From Patescibacteria group bacterium (GTDB lineage Bacteria; Patescibacteriota; WWE3; 0-14-0-20-40-13): a DNA stretch of 64,000 nt. Below the pieces are notes generated by a model, which saw only the letters and a program-made list of their open reading frames with translations, did not search any database and had not been told where the DNA came from. Both the position numbers and the translations under genes were made by a program. This document shows, one piece after another, positions 11,338-19,652 of the stretch. The number at the start of each line of letters is the position of its first letter. Position 1 is the stretch's first letter. Location of the stretch: contig JAHINB010000013.1 in NCBI GenBank assembly GCA_018896215.1, positions 17,946 through 81,945 of the forward strand, in the 5' to 3' direction.

Positions 11338-11808
11338 TTACCTTTTGTTTTTGATGCCTTCAATCCGCCTAAAGATTTGCTGATCGGGATATTTTCCTAC
11401 AAGCATTCGGGAAAGCTGATTGTAGCTAGTAATGTCGTTATTCTTTTTAGCAAAGACCGTTCCGGCGTTTTTAATTTGCTCAATAGTCGAACGGTACGAG
11501 CTTTCGCTAAAAGAAAAAATTGGCAAAGGCAAATAGCTTATTCCCTGCCCTAGACATGCCTGCCTCTTTAAGGAATCTGCCCTAAGCTGATTTTGGAATT
11601 TTTCGGGAGTTTGCATTGCTTCTATCTGCTTGTAATGCTGCGGACCCTGAAATTCTATGGCAACTCCCAGTTGTGGGTAGTACCTGTCAATCTCAAGACC
11701 ATTAGTCCACAAGGGACGGGTATTATCTAGAGTCTTAAACCCTTTAAGGTAGTAGTCCAAAATTGTCTTGGCTAATTGTTCGAACAAGGAAACCGTAGTT
11801 ATTTGCAT
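11338..11808 (-). CDS. Hypothetical protein with PD-(D/E)XK nuclease-like motif
   Basis: LEIDRYYPQLGVAIEFQGPQHY resembles the ExD...E.G..HY core of restriction-endonuclease-like folds. Confidence 0.6.
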   Translation of the reverse strand: MQITTVSLFEQLAKTILDYYLKGFKTLDNTRPLWTNGLEIDRYYPQLGVAIEFQGPQHYKQIEAMQTPEKFQNQLRADSLKRQACLGQGISYLPLPIFSFSESSYRSTIEQIKNAGTVFAKKNNDITSYNQLSRMLVGKYPDQQIFRRIEGIKNKR

Positions 11809-11824
11809 AGTATTAATGGCTGTG

Positions 11825-11952
11825 CCACGTTTATCTTAGCGATTTAGAATTGGTATCGTGTTCGCGTGATGCTCCGCCTTCGGCGGATCAAACGCGACCA
11901 TCGTAATCTCTAAGCTTCCCGATTAAATCGGGATCGCTAAGATATTACGTGG
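11825..11952 (-). repeat. Branched inverted-repeat element beginning at the tRNA-Pro CCA
   Basis: Outer arms CCACGTTTATCTTAGCGAT / ATCGCTAAGATATTACGTGG; inner hairpins TCCGCCTTCGGCGGA and TCCCGATTAAATCGGGA. Confidence 0.7.
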
Positions 11953-12025
11953 TCGGGGATGCCGGGCTCGAACCGGCGACCTCACGCACCCCATGCGTGC
12001 GCGCTACCAACTGCGCCAATCCCCG
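11950..12025 (-). tRNA. tRNA-Pro(GGG)
   Basis: CGGGGAT acceptor stem, anticodon loop ATGGGGT, GGTTCGAGCC T-arm, encoded CCA. Confidence 0.96.
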
Positions 12026-12262
12026 CTACACTCTATCCTTTAAAAACCGTCTACCAAAACCAGTCTTAAAATACTGCTCTCTTTTTAAAGCCTTATACTT
12101 ATCTAAACAAGCCTCATAATATACTAGCGTTAAAGGTGCCCGAGACTTAGTCGCCTCAACCAAACCTTTGTTATGCATTTCTACTCTATTTTGCAAATCC
12201 TCTGTATATCCAACATAGTATTTCTCATCAATCTTGCTTTTTAAAACATAGGTGTAATGCAT
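12026..12262 (-). CDS. Small GIY-YIG nuclease
   Basis: YTYVL...YYVGYTEDLQNR...HN...LVYYE...ALKRE; stop codon abuts tRNA base 1. Confidence 0.92.
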   Translation of the reverse strand: MHYTYVLKSKIDEKYYVGYTEDLQNRVEMHNKGLVEATKSRAPLTLVYYEACLDKYKALKREQYFKTGFGRRFLKDRV

Positions 12263-12264
12263 AT

Positions 12265-12337
12265 GCTACCAACTGCCCTGCCCGCAACGCCTTCGCAAGC
12301 TTGGCTTGCGTGGCGGGCGTGGCGCCAATCCCCGCTA
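12265..12337 (-). repeat. Duplicated tRNA-Pro 5' fragment interrupted by a 47-nt hairpin
   Basis: Matches 12003-12028 (gctaccaactgc|gccaatccccgcta) with an insert at 12277-12323. Confidence 0.85.
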
Positions 12338-12429
12338 GAAAATGTTTCCTTGCGTCCTGAGCCTGTCGAAGGACAATTCCTATTCTATCCTTTTGCCTCC
12401 ACATTTTCCAGACCCGCTTTTCTTGTCAT

Positions 12430-12442
12430 AGGGTCTGACCCT
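12430..12442. repeat. GGG-N5-CCC palindrome, single copy
   Basis: AGGGTCTGACCCT. Confidence 0.7.
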
Positions 12443-12495
12443 TAAACAAAATATTCCTCATTTTAAAAAAGTCCTTCTGTTGTTATACTAAAAGT

Positions 12496-13002
12496 ATGTT
12501 AACAAACCAAATGCATCCCGATCAAAAAGTTGGAGTTTTTGTGGATGTCTCCAACATGTACTACAGCGCCAAAAATCTTCACAATTCAAAGGTAGACTTT
12601 GGGCAGGTTTTACAAATGGTACTGGGCAAGCGCAAACTCATCCGCGCCTTTGCCTATGTTATAAGAGCCAACATTGAACAGGAAAAGACTTTTTTTGAAG
12701 CGCTAGAAAAACGCGGCTTCGAAGTTCGTATTAAAGACTTGCAAGTTTTTTTGGGTGGCGAAAAAAAAGGTGATTGGGATGTAGGGCTTTGCATGGATGC
12801 TGTAAGACTCATCCCCAAAATAGACGCTCTAGTTTTAATTTCGGGAGATGGGGATTATACCGATTTGTTGGATTATGCCCGTTCGCAAGGAGTAAGGTGC
12901 GAAGTGGCTTCGTTTGGACGCAACACCTCTGGAAAATTAATCGAGCGCGCCGACAGTTTTTTTGATTTAGACTACTTTGCCAAAAATATCCTTTTAGCCT
13001 AG
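12496..13002 (+). CDS. NYN domain (LabA/DUF88) protein
   Basis: VFVDVSNM, KKGDWDV, LISGDGDY; TGTTATACT 6 nt before ATG. Confidence 0.92.
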   Translation: MLTNQMHPDQKVGVFVDVSNMYYSAKNLHNSKVDFGQVLQMVLGKRKLIRAFAYVIRANIEQEKTFFEALEKRGFEVRIKDLQVFLGGEKKGDWDVGLCMDAVRLIPKIDALVLISGDGDYTDLLDYARSQGVRCEVASFGRNTSGKLIERADSFFDLDYFAKNILLA

Positions 13003-13023
13003 AGTATTTTTTAAATAGCTAAG

Positions 13024-14778
13024 ATGAGAAGCTTTTACTTCCCAAAACAACTTATCATTCGGGCAGGGATTTTAGCTTTTGCCTTTACGGCAATTTCGTT
13101 TTTTGCTTACCACCTTTCGTTTTTAAACAGAGTAATTCCCAATGTTTACTTGGACGGTAAACGCATCAGCGGGATATCAATTGTTAAATTGCAACAAGAT
13201 CTTGGGTATCTTGATACTTATGATCCCGTAATTTCTTTTAGGGACGAGCCCTCAAAACAAGATTTTGTCGTTAAGGCATCGGATATTGGACTTTATTATA
13301 ATTCTCAAGAAACTATTAAAAAAGCGTTTTTACTTGGCAGAACCAGCAATTTTATTCAAGATAACTTAACAAAGTTTAACCTACTATTTAAGGGATATAA
13401 CCTGACCCCAGAGTATCTTGTAAATCAAGATCTTTTGGATTTAAAAATAAGCCAAATCCAAACTAAAGTAGAATCCCCTTTTTACAACGCTTACTTCTAC
13501 ATCTCTAATAACAAGCTCGAGATAGAGAAAGAAGTTTCGGGATTACGGCTTAACAAAAACAAATTAAAAGCTAGGATTTTAGAAAAATATTTAAGTTTTA
13601 ATTTTGTAAACGAGCCTCTTCCTATGGAACAATTTACTCCGGAGGTAACAACAGAAAACTTAACCCCTGTGAAAGAATTCGTCCAAAATATAGTTTTTAA
13701 TCCACCAGCGCTATTTTTTGAGAAAAAAGTTTATAAATTAACTCCCGAAAACATTTTAAAATCTGTTTTTCTAAAAATGGAATCGGGGGCAAACAAAGCC
13801 ACCGTTACCGTAAACACCGAAACGCTCTCCCCCATAATTGCAACAATTGCCGAAGAAATAAACACCCCACCTAAAGGAGAGATATTTTTAATGGAAAACG
13901 GCAAGGTAAGTAGCTTTAGACCAGCATCCAATGGCGTCGTAATTGATGAAGAAAAACTTTATAAAGATTTGGCAAGCGCGATTTTAGTAGATGACCCCAA
14001 GGCTAAAACTGTTACCATTCCGGTTCGCGAAACCAAAGTTTTAGCTAATAATGAATACGGTATAAAAGAATTGCTGGGAGAAGGCATATCTAAATTCGAA
14101 GGGTCTATAAGTGGCAGGGTTTTTAATATTGCTCTTGCTTCATCCAACCTCAACGGAACCTTAATTCCCCCTGGAGAGACATTCTCTTTTAATAAATCGG
14201 TAGGCGAAATTGATGCTACCCACGGGTTTACTTCTGCCTACATTATTTCCAAAGGGAGAACAGTACTGGGAGAAGGTGGCGGGGTTTGTCAAGTTTCTAC
14301 CACGCTTTTTCGCGCTGTCTTAAATTCGGGACTTCCAGTAGTTACTCGAGCCGCTCACGCCTATAGAGTTTCATATTACGAACAGGACGCTCCGGTAGGT
14401 CTTGATGCCACAATTTATCAGCCCACAGTGGATTTTAAATTTAAGAATGACACCGCAGGCTATATTTTGTTAACTGCTTCCGTTGACCAGAAAAACCTGA
14501 CTATGAATTTTAAGATTTATGGAACAAGTGATGGGAGAACCATAGAAATTACTAAGCCGATTATTACTTCCCAAACTCCGCCACCGCCAGCAGTTTATGA
14601 GGAAACTGATACATTACTTGTGGGACAAACTAAGCAGGTGGATTGGTCGGCTTGGGGAGCAAGTGTCAAATTTAGTCGTAAAGTGGTAAAAAATGAAAAA
14701 ATAATAATTGACGAAGAGTATATTAGCAATTATAGACCTTGGCGAGCTGTGTACTTGGTTGGTACCAAAGAACCTTAA
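13024..14778 (+). CDS. VanW-family protein with peptidoglycan-binding region
   Basis: N-terminal TM; GETFSFN, GGGVCQVSTTLFRA, GLDATI, DFKFKN. Confidence 0.92.
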   Translation: MRSFYFPKQLIIRAGILAFAFTAISFFAYHLSFLNRVIPNVYLDGKRISGISIVKLQQDLGYLDTYDPVISFRDEPSKQDFVVKASDIGLYYNSQETIKKAFLLGRTSNFIQDNLTKFNLLFKGYNLTPEYLVNQDLLDLKISQIQTKVESPFYNAYFYISNNKLEIEKEVSGLRLNKNKLKARILEKYLSFNFVNEPLPMEQFTPEVTTENLTPVKEFVQNIVFNPPALFFEKKVYKLTPENILKSVFLKMESGANKATVTVNTETLSPIIATIAEEINTPPKGEIFLMENGKVSSFRPASNGVVIDEEKLYKDLASAILVDDPKAKTVTIPVRETKVLANNEYGIKELLGEGISKFEGSISGRVFNIALASSNLNGTLIPPGETFSFNKSVGEIDATHGFTSAYIISKGRTVLGEGGGVCQVSTTLFRAVLNSGLPVVTRAAHAYRVSYYEQDAPVGLDATIYQPTVDFKFKNDTAGYILLTASVDQKNLTMNFKIYGTSDGRTIEITKPIITSQTPPPPAVYEETDTLLVGQTKQVDWSAWGASVKFSRKVVKNEKIIIDEEYISNYRPWRAVYLVGTKEP

Positions 14779-14782
14779 TCCC

Positions 14783-15190
14783 TTATCTTTCTTCGTAAAT
14801 TACCTCAATAACTACAGATAACTCCCCTCCCCCACTAGTTAAAATAATCGACAAGGTTTTATTGTCTTTTTTGTATACAAGAGGTTTTTCTATTGTGTAT
14901 CCCAAATTTCTCGCCTGCGAAATATAATAATTGGCAATTTTGGATAAAGGATCGTAAGACTCAAACAAAAGATCGTAGCCTTGGAGTGTTTTGTTTTGGC
15001 TGATAAATAAGGCTCCGGGATAAACAATGAAATCTTTAGGCAATGAGCTTAAAAACCCAGTTGAAACCCCGGCAACTTTGCTGGTTCCCGGTGTAATAAC
15101 AGTTTCGATGTTGGTAAATTTTTGGTAAAGGATAAAAGAAAAAACAAAGACGATAAATCCTGCAATTAACTTTTTAAATGCTACTTTCAT
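14783..15190 (-). CDS. Hypothetical membrane-anchored protein
   Basis: N-terminal TM helix; TGATATACT upstream of ATG 15190. Confidence 0.7.
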   Translation of the reverse strand: MKVAFKKLIAGFIVFVFSFILYQKFTNIETVITPGTSKVAGVSTGFLSSLPKDFIVYPGALFISQNKTLQGYDLLFESYDPLSKIANYYISQARNLGYTIEKPLVYKKDNKTLSIILTSGGGELSVVIEVIYEER

Positions 15191-15217
15191 TGCCACTAGT
15201 ATATCACTTTTGCCTTT

Positions 15218-15535
15218 TTAGGATCCGACCCTAAAACAGGAGTACAAATCTAGCAAATACTCTGCAATAACTTTGTCTTCGAATTTGCTATTGATGATTT
15301 CCCACGCTTTTTCATACAATTCCGGTGACACTGTTTTTACTTTCTCCACAAGAGAAGTTGCCAATCCCCTTTCGCCTTTCGCCATGTAATAGGCGCTACG
15401 ATAAATATTCCCCAACGCATCTGCTTGTAGATTTTTCTCACGGGAGACTCCTTTCTCACGGGTGACACCCCATAAAGCGTTTGTATTTTGTACCGGGGTG
15501 TCACCCGAATAGATTTCTTTCATTTTTGATTCCAA
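15218..15535 (-). CDS. Hypothetical protein coupled to the DUF5674 gene, N-terminus invaded by palindromes
   Basis: Overlaps the upstream gene; repeats at 15441-15507 are read in frame. Confidence 0.6.
   Translation of the reverse strand: MESKMKEIYSGDTPVQNTNALWGVTREKGVSREKNLQADALGNIYRSAYYMAKGERGLATSLVEKVKTVSPELYEKAWEIINSKFEDKVIAEYLLDLYSCFRVGS
15220..15239 (+). repeat. Degenerate GACCCTAAAACA direct-repeat copy
   Basis: AGGATCCGACCCTAAAACAG resembles the 15857 and 18759 copies. Confidence 0.65.
15441..15507. repeat. GGG-N5-CCC palindrome cluster (partial copy plus inverted doublet)
   Basis: CGGGAGACTCC, then CGGGTGACACCCC...GGGGTGTCACCCG. Confidence 0.85.
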
Positions 15536-15855
15536 ATGACTTCTTTGACAACTTTGATTAATTTCTCTCTTATCACTGGATCCAAAATATCCATTGAAGC
15601 GTTTCCTTGACTTGCACGCAGATTTAAAACAGCTAAAGTTTCTACAGATTTTACTTTGAGGTCAACCGCTCCACCCCAAATATCTCTGGGATGAGATCCT
15701 TCCCCCACCAAAATATCCTCCCCATCACTATGGAGTTCGCAACCTGCAACAAGCCATTTATTTTCTATATCAACAGTAACTTTAAAATAACTCCCAAACT
15801 CTTTCTCTAGCTCCAAAAGATCTTTGTTTGTAATTTTTTCTTTAAATAATTTCAT
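15520..15855 (-). CDS. DUF5674-like protein
   Basis: KVTVDIE...GCELHSDGE..L...GS...DIWGG...NLR pattern. Confidence 0.75.
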   Translation of the reverse strand: MKLFKEKITNKDLLELEKEFGSYFKVTVDIENKWLVAGCELHSDGEDILVGEGSHPRDIWGGAVDLKVKSVETLAVLNLRASQGNASMDILDPVIREKLIKVVKEVIWNQK

Positions 15856-15856
15856 T

Positions 15857-15882
15857 TTGTCTAAGGGTCAGACCCTAAAACA
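15857..15882 (+). repeat. 26-bp direct repeat identical to 18759-18784
   Basis: TTGTCTAAGGGTCAGACCCTAAAACA. Confidence 0.9.
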
Positions 15883-15890
15883 GATCGAAA

Positions 15891-15924
15891 AGTATCTGGC
15901 AATATCTGGCAACATCAGGCAATG
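15891..15924 (+). repeat. 10-bp-period tandem array
   Basis: AGTATCTGGC AATATCTGGC AACATCAGGC AATG; sister array at 17742-17785. Confidence 0.85.
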
Positions 15925-15927
15925 TTG

Positions 15928-16338
15928 CTAAAACTCCAAAACTTCCGGTGGATTTGTGGCGTGATTGCTATACTTTGTCCAACTAGGAACGAACCTGAGA
16001 ATAGTTCCATCTGCAACATAATCTTTCCACTCGGGATGAACTTGCAACATATAATCTCTTTCTTTGGCGGCTCCTGAATCATCTACTACTTGTGTGATAT
16101 CCCCATCAATTTGTACCGTCGGATTGTCGTTTTCGCAGCCTACGACAACAGAAGCTTTTGAATTAACTTTTATATTAGCCATTTTTCTTGTTGTAGCATC
16201 GGTAGAAAACAAAAGAGAAAAGTCGTCTTTAGCAACATAAGCCATAGTTGCAGCCTGTGTCTTTCCGGACGCATCGGCGGTAGCTAAAACACACAACTCT
16301 CTGCTTTTTAAAAAAGCCAAAACTCCTTCTTTATCCAT
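15928..16338 (-). CDS. Pyridoxamine 5'-phosphate oxidase-family (split-barrel flavin-binding) protein
   Basis: CVLATA...TRKMANIKVNSKASVVV...VQIDG; start set at MDKEG after AAGGGGTGA. Confidence 0.85.
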   Translation of the reverse strand: MDKEGVLAFLKSRELCVLATADASGKTQAATMAYVAKDDFSLLFSTDATTRKMANIKVNSKASVVVGCENDNPTVQIDGDITQVVDDSGAAKERDYMLQVHPEWKDYVADGTILRFVPSWTKYSNHATNPPEVLEF

Positions 16339-16408
16339 ACTTCTCACCCCCTTAAATAGGTTCCCACGCGCAAGCGCGCGGTACTATATTCGTTACAAAA
16401 GTATCCGC

Positions 16409-16518
16409 ATTTGCTGGAGCAAATTAACGCCCCGCCGCAGGCGGGGAATTTATCGGAAGATTCATCCCCGCCCAGAACTGCGTAGCTGTTGGCGGGGTCT
16501 TCTCTAAATCTTGTTATA
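16409..16518 (+). repeat. Structured attC-like element, copy H (opposite orientation, extra nested hairpin)
   Basis: ATTTGCTGGAGCAAAT-TAACGC-CCCGCCGCAGGCGGGG-AATTT...TTCTCTAAATCTTGTTAT. Confidence 0.8.
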
Positions 16519-16532
16519 AAAAATATCTGTCC

Positions 16533-17510
16533 CTAAATCCTAATAAGCTTTTCTAACCAAGGAATGTGTTCGTTTTTCCTTTTCCACCAAAGATCTTCCC
16601 AAATATAATGTACCGCGAGCTGTTTATATTTTCCATACCTCTCAAAGTATTTGAGAAGTTTTTCTACAGGAACGGGATTTTCGGGATCTTTATTAAAAAA
16701 TAATTTGGAATAAATTTTTTGCTCCCAAGGTGATATATGGTTAAAAAAATCCCAACGATGAAAAACATCAAACAAAAGATACCAAACTGTAGCTGGTCCG
16801 ACTCCGTAAAGTCTCAACAACTCCTTCATTTGTGTATCTCGATCTTTTTTACGCAACTCCATTTCATCAATTTCATCAATGAGACCTTGGAAAAAGCAAT
16901 CATCTGTTCTTTTTATTGACTTAGCACGATAACCCACTTTTAAAGCTCGCAACTCATCTTCGGTGACATCCTTCAAATCCCCCGGCTCCCAAAAACACCA
17001 GAGTTTCTTGCCAGCGAATTCGAGGGATGTTCCGTATTTTTCAAATAAAACCTGCATCATTTGGATTGAACGACGGACGGTGCAATTTTGTAAAACAATG
17101 CTGATGATTAAGTATTCGTAAAGGGAATCTTGATGACCAGGGCGCATACCGTAAAGCCGCTTGATAACTGGTCCCACAAACCTGTCCTTTGAGAGGTGTT
17201 TATAAAAGTCAGTGAGGTTCAGATTTAGATTATACCTATATTTGACTTCATCGATAAATTGTTCAACAAATTCTCCAGACAGTCTTTCGGTGGAATAGAT
17301 CTCTACTTTTATTTTTGGTTTATCAATAGAACTAACACCTTTGAATACCACTCCTAAATTTTTTCCAAGATAACGAAAGGTTTGCCATCTAACATCAGGC
17401 TCCCAGTAATTATCACCTGATGAGAAATGGGCCGGCTTATGAAAAGTGGCATCAAAATTAAATGGGGCTGTCGGATCTATCTCAATTGTATATTTTTTGT
17501 CTAATATCAT
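16533..17510 (-). CDS. HhH-GPD DNA glycosylase (AlkA/OGG-like)
   Basis: LRALKVGYRAKSI and LLRLYGVGPATV HhH motifs. Confidence 0.85.
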   Translation of the reverse strand: MILDKKYTIEIDPTAPFNFDATFHKPAHFSSGDNYWEPDVRWQTFRYLGKNLGVVFKGVSSIDKPKIKVEIYSTERLSGEFVEQFIDEVKYRYNLNLNLTDFYKHLSKDRFVGPVIKRLYGMRPGHQDSLYEYLIISIVLQNCTVRRSIQMMQVLFEKYGTSLEFAGKKLWCFWEPGDLKDVTEDELRALKVGYRAKSIKRTDDCFFQGLIDEIDEMELRKKDRDTQMKELLRLYGVGPATVWYLLFDVFHRWDFFNHISPWEQKIYSKLFFNKDPENPVPVEKLLKYFERYGKYKQLAVHYIWEDLWWKRKNEHIPWLEKLIRI

Positions 17511-17576
17511 AATTGCTTGGGGTGTCCGAGGATCTGAATCCCTTTAAAATCCTTTAGTGTGATTATATACTATCCC

Positions 17577-17708
17577 ATGGAACATATTGCAATAATGAAA
17601 AAACAATGGGGGCTAATACCAAAAATCTTATCTGGAGAAAAAACTGGGTACGGTGTGCAGTGCGCTTGGATAACAACAGAAAACACCTCGCGCCTTAGGA
17701 TCATTTAG
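17577..17708 (+). pseudogene. Internally deleted ASCH-like gene remnant (43 aa)
   Basis: MEHIAIMKKQWGLIPKILSGEKT joined directly to GYGVQCAWITT; TATACT 5 nt upstream. Confidence 0.6.
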
Positions 17709-17741
17709 AATTTAGATATTAGGATTTAGAATTTCTTCTAA

Positions 17742-17785
17742 AGTATCTGGCAATATCTGGCAACATCTGGTAACATTAGGCAATG
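17742..17785 (+). repeat. 10-bp-period tandem array ending in the fic start codon
   Basis: AGTATCTGGC AATATCTGGC AACATCTGGT AACATTAGGC AATG. Confidence 0.85.
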
Positions 17786-18766
17786 GAAATTCCTCCAAAA
17801 TTCGCGATTAATTCCAAAGTAGCTGACCTAATAGCGTTAATTGACTCCAACCGCCTCTTTATTAATTCCAAAAACATTCCCCCAATCGTACAACAGAATA
17901 TCGACCGCGTTAGTCTTTTAAAAAGTGCTTTATATTCCGCAAAAATTGAGGGCAACGAACTCCAAGAACACAACTTTAATTTTTATCCCAAAGATCAAAA
18001 GAAACTAGAAGTTTTAAACATCCAAAAAGCCATAAATTACATCAATAGCGAGATTACAGGTACAAAACCAGTGATTTTAGAAACTATTCTTACACTGCAA
18101 AAGATATCTATGGAAAACATAGTTCCAAATGCAGGAAAAATTAGAAGCGACAATTTGGCTATTTTTAATTCCGCTGGAGTTGCAGTTTATTTTGCCCCTC
18201 CCCCATCGGAACTTTCTATTTTTTTAGAGAAATTGATAAACTATATAAACTCATCAAGTGCAGAATCACCAATTATTGTTGCCTTAATAGCTCATCTAAT
18301 TCTAGAAAAAATCCACCCCTTTCAAGACGGCAATGGTAGGGTTGGAAGACTCTTAATTTATGCGGTTCTAAAAGCCAAAAGCTACAATTTTGGAGTCCCT
18401 GTTGTGTTAGAAGAAGAAATAAACAAAAGACGAGACGAATATTACTATCACCTAGACCAAGGATACAAAAATGTAGAGGACTATTTGTTTTTTATGCTCG
18501 AAATCTTTTATAACCAAACAGAAACTGTTAAAACCCAGCTAACTTATATTCCACAAGAAAACGATGTGGTTTTGTCTTTGGCGCCAAGGCAAGGAGAAAT
18601 TTACAACATTATTAAAGACCATCAACTGGTATCTCTTGATTTTATTCATAGGAGATTCGTAACAGTTCCAGCAAGAACCCTTCGTTACGATCTAAAGAAA
18701 TTACAAGAAAAGGGTTTGATCAACAAAACATCTTCCACTCGAGGAGCTTTCTACAGAGTTGTCTAA
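17783..18766 (+). CDS. Fic-family protein with C-terminal winged HTH
   Basis: HPFQDGNGRVGR catalytic motif, SAKIEGN inhibitory-type motif, RTLRYDLKKL HTH. Confidence 0.93.
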   Translation: MEIPPKFAINSKVADLIALIDSNRLFINSKNIPPIVQQNIDRVSLLKSALYSAKIEGNELQEHNFNFYPKDQKKLEVLNIQKAINYINSEITGTKPVILETILTLQKISMENIVPNAGKIRSDNLAIFNSAGVAVYFAPPPSELSIFLEKLINYINSSSAESPIIVALIAHLILEKIHPFQDGNGRVGRLLIYAVLKAKSYNFGVPVVLEEEINKRRDEYYYHLDQGYKNVEDYLFFMLEIFYNQTETVKTQLTYIPQENDVVLSLAPRQGEIYNIIKDHQLVSLDFIHRRFVTVPARTLRYDLKKLQEKGLINKTSSTRGAFYRVV

Positions 18767-18784
18767 GGGTCAGACCCTAAAACA
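18759..18784 (+). repeat. 26-bp direct repeat identical to 15857-15882
   Basis: TTGTCTAAGGGTCAGACCCTAAAACA; overlaps the fic stop. Confidence 0.9.
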
Positions 18785-18786
18785 AC

Positions 18787-18861
18787 TACAACAAGATTCA
18801 TGAAATTCCCATCCAAAATTTTTTGCCAAAGGCAAAAGCGTTGCAAGAACTTTAGTTCTTA
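18787..18861 (-). repeat. Structured attC-like element, copy G
   Basis: Minus strand TAAGAACTAAAGTTC-TTGCAACGC-TTTTGCCTTTGGCAAAA...CATGAATCTTGTTGTA. Confidence 0.8.
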
Positions 18862-19563
18862 TTTTCTCCCAGTTTTAAGTTTTCTTTCGGTTTCGCGGAT
18901 AGCGATTTTGGGCAATACTTCTCGATTTGTATTTATATATTCCACAACCTTTTCCCAATGATGCTTGATAAGACTTCTTAAAATCCACGAAACTGCCTTA
19001 GTAATTAAAATGTCTTTTTCCGATTTTAACTTTTCCAAATTCTCAAAAGCTAGTTTTGCCAGTCGTTCATCATTGCTTTCTCTAACTGACCTAGTAAGCA
19101 ACACCAAACTTGCTCTTCTTCTAGAAATATTTTTATCCCTCGCCATCTTTGTAATTGTCTTTTCCCAAACTGACCAGTCACCCAAAATATCCTCTGCTCC
19201 AAAAGTGCTTTGACACAAACTGTCCACCTCACACCATCCGCTAAGATTTGCAAGCCACTCAAAAACCCTTTTTGGAGTAAAGAGATCTTTAAATTCTTTT
19301 TTTCTGGAAATTAAAGTTGTACCAAATCTCCGTTCGTTGGAGGATTCCCCAACATTAAGAGCGTTCAATAACTCCAAAAATTCTTCTTTCGTGATGTTGG
19401 GATGCTTTTTTACAAATTCTTTAGCAATTTGCTTTTGAACCGCTGTTTTTAGGTGATAAAACTTATTATCGGTTCCGAGATACTTTGGCAAATCAAACTT
19501 TGACGACCCCCTATCCAACCTTTTAAATTCCTCGATGATTTCTTTTTGCAATTTGTTAATCAT
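18859..19563 (-). CDS. DNA alkylation repair protein (AlkD-like HEAT-repeat family)
   Basis: GWCEVDSL, RRRASLV, ITKAVSWILR motifs. Confidence 0.88.
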   Translation of the reverse strand: MINKLQKEIIEEFKRLDRGSSKFDLPKYLGTDNKFYHLKTAVQKQIAKEFVKKHPNITKEEFLELLNALNVGESSNERRFGTTLISRKKEFKDLFTPKRVFEWLANLSGWCEVDSLCQSTFGAEDILGDWSVWEKTITKMARDKNISRRRASLVLLTRSVRESNDERLAKLAFENLEKLKSEKDILITKAVSWILRSLIKHHWEKVVEYINTNREVLPKIAIRETERKLKTGRK

Positions 19564-19652
19564 AATCTGTTAGTTTATGGGATTCTCTCCCCCACTTCAA
19601 ACTAACGAGGTAGGAGATAATAGAGTTACAAGGTTTTGGGAGATAGCAAATC

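Noticed and set aside
11950-12337. tRNA intron encoding a homing endonuclease
   Set aside because: The downstream tRNA is already complete and no group I core is evident; this is a duplication rather than a split gene.
12257-12445. 62-aa plus-strand ORF
   Set aside because: It consists of the tRNA-fragment duplicate and palindromic repeats.
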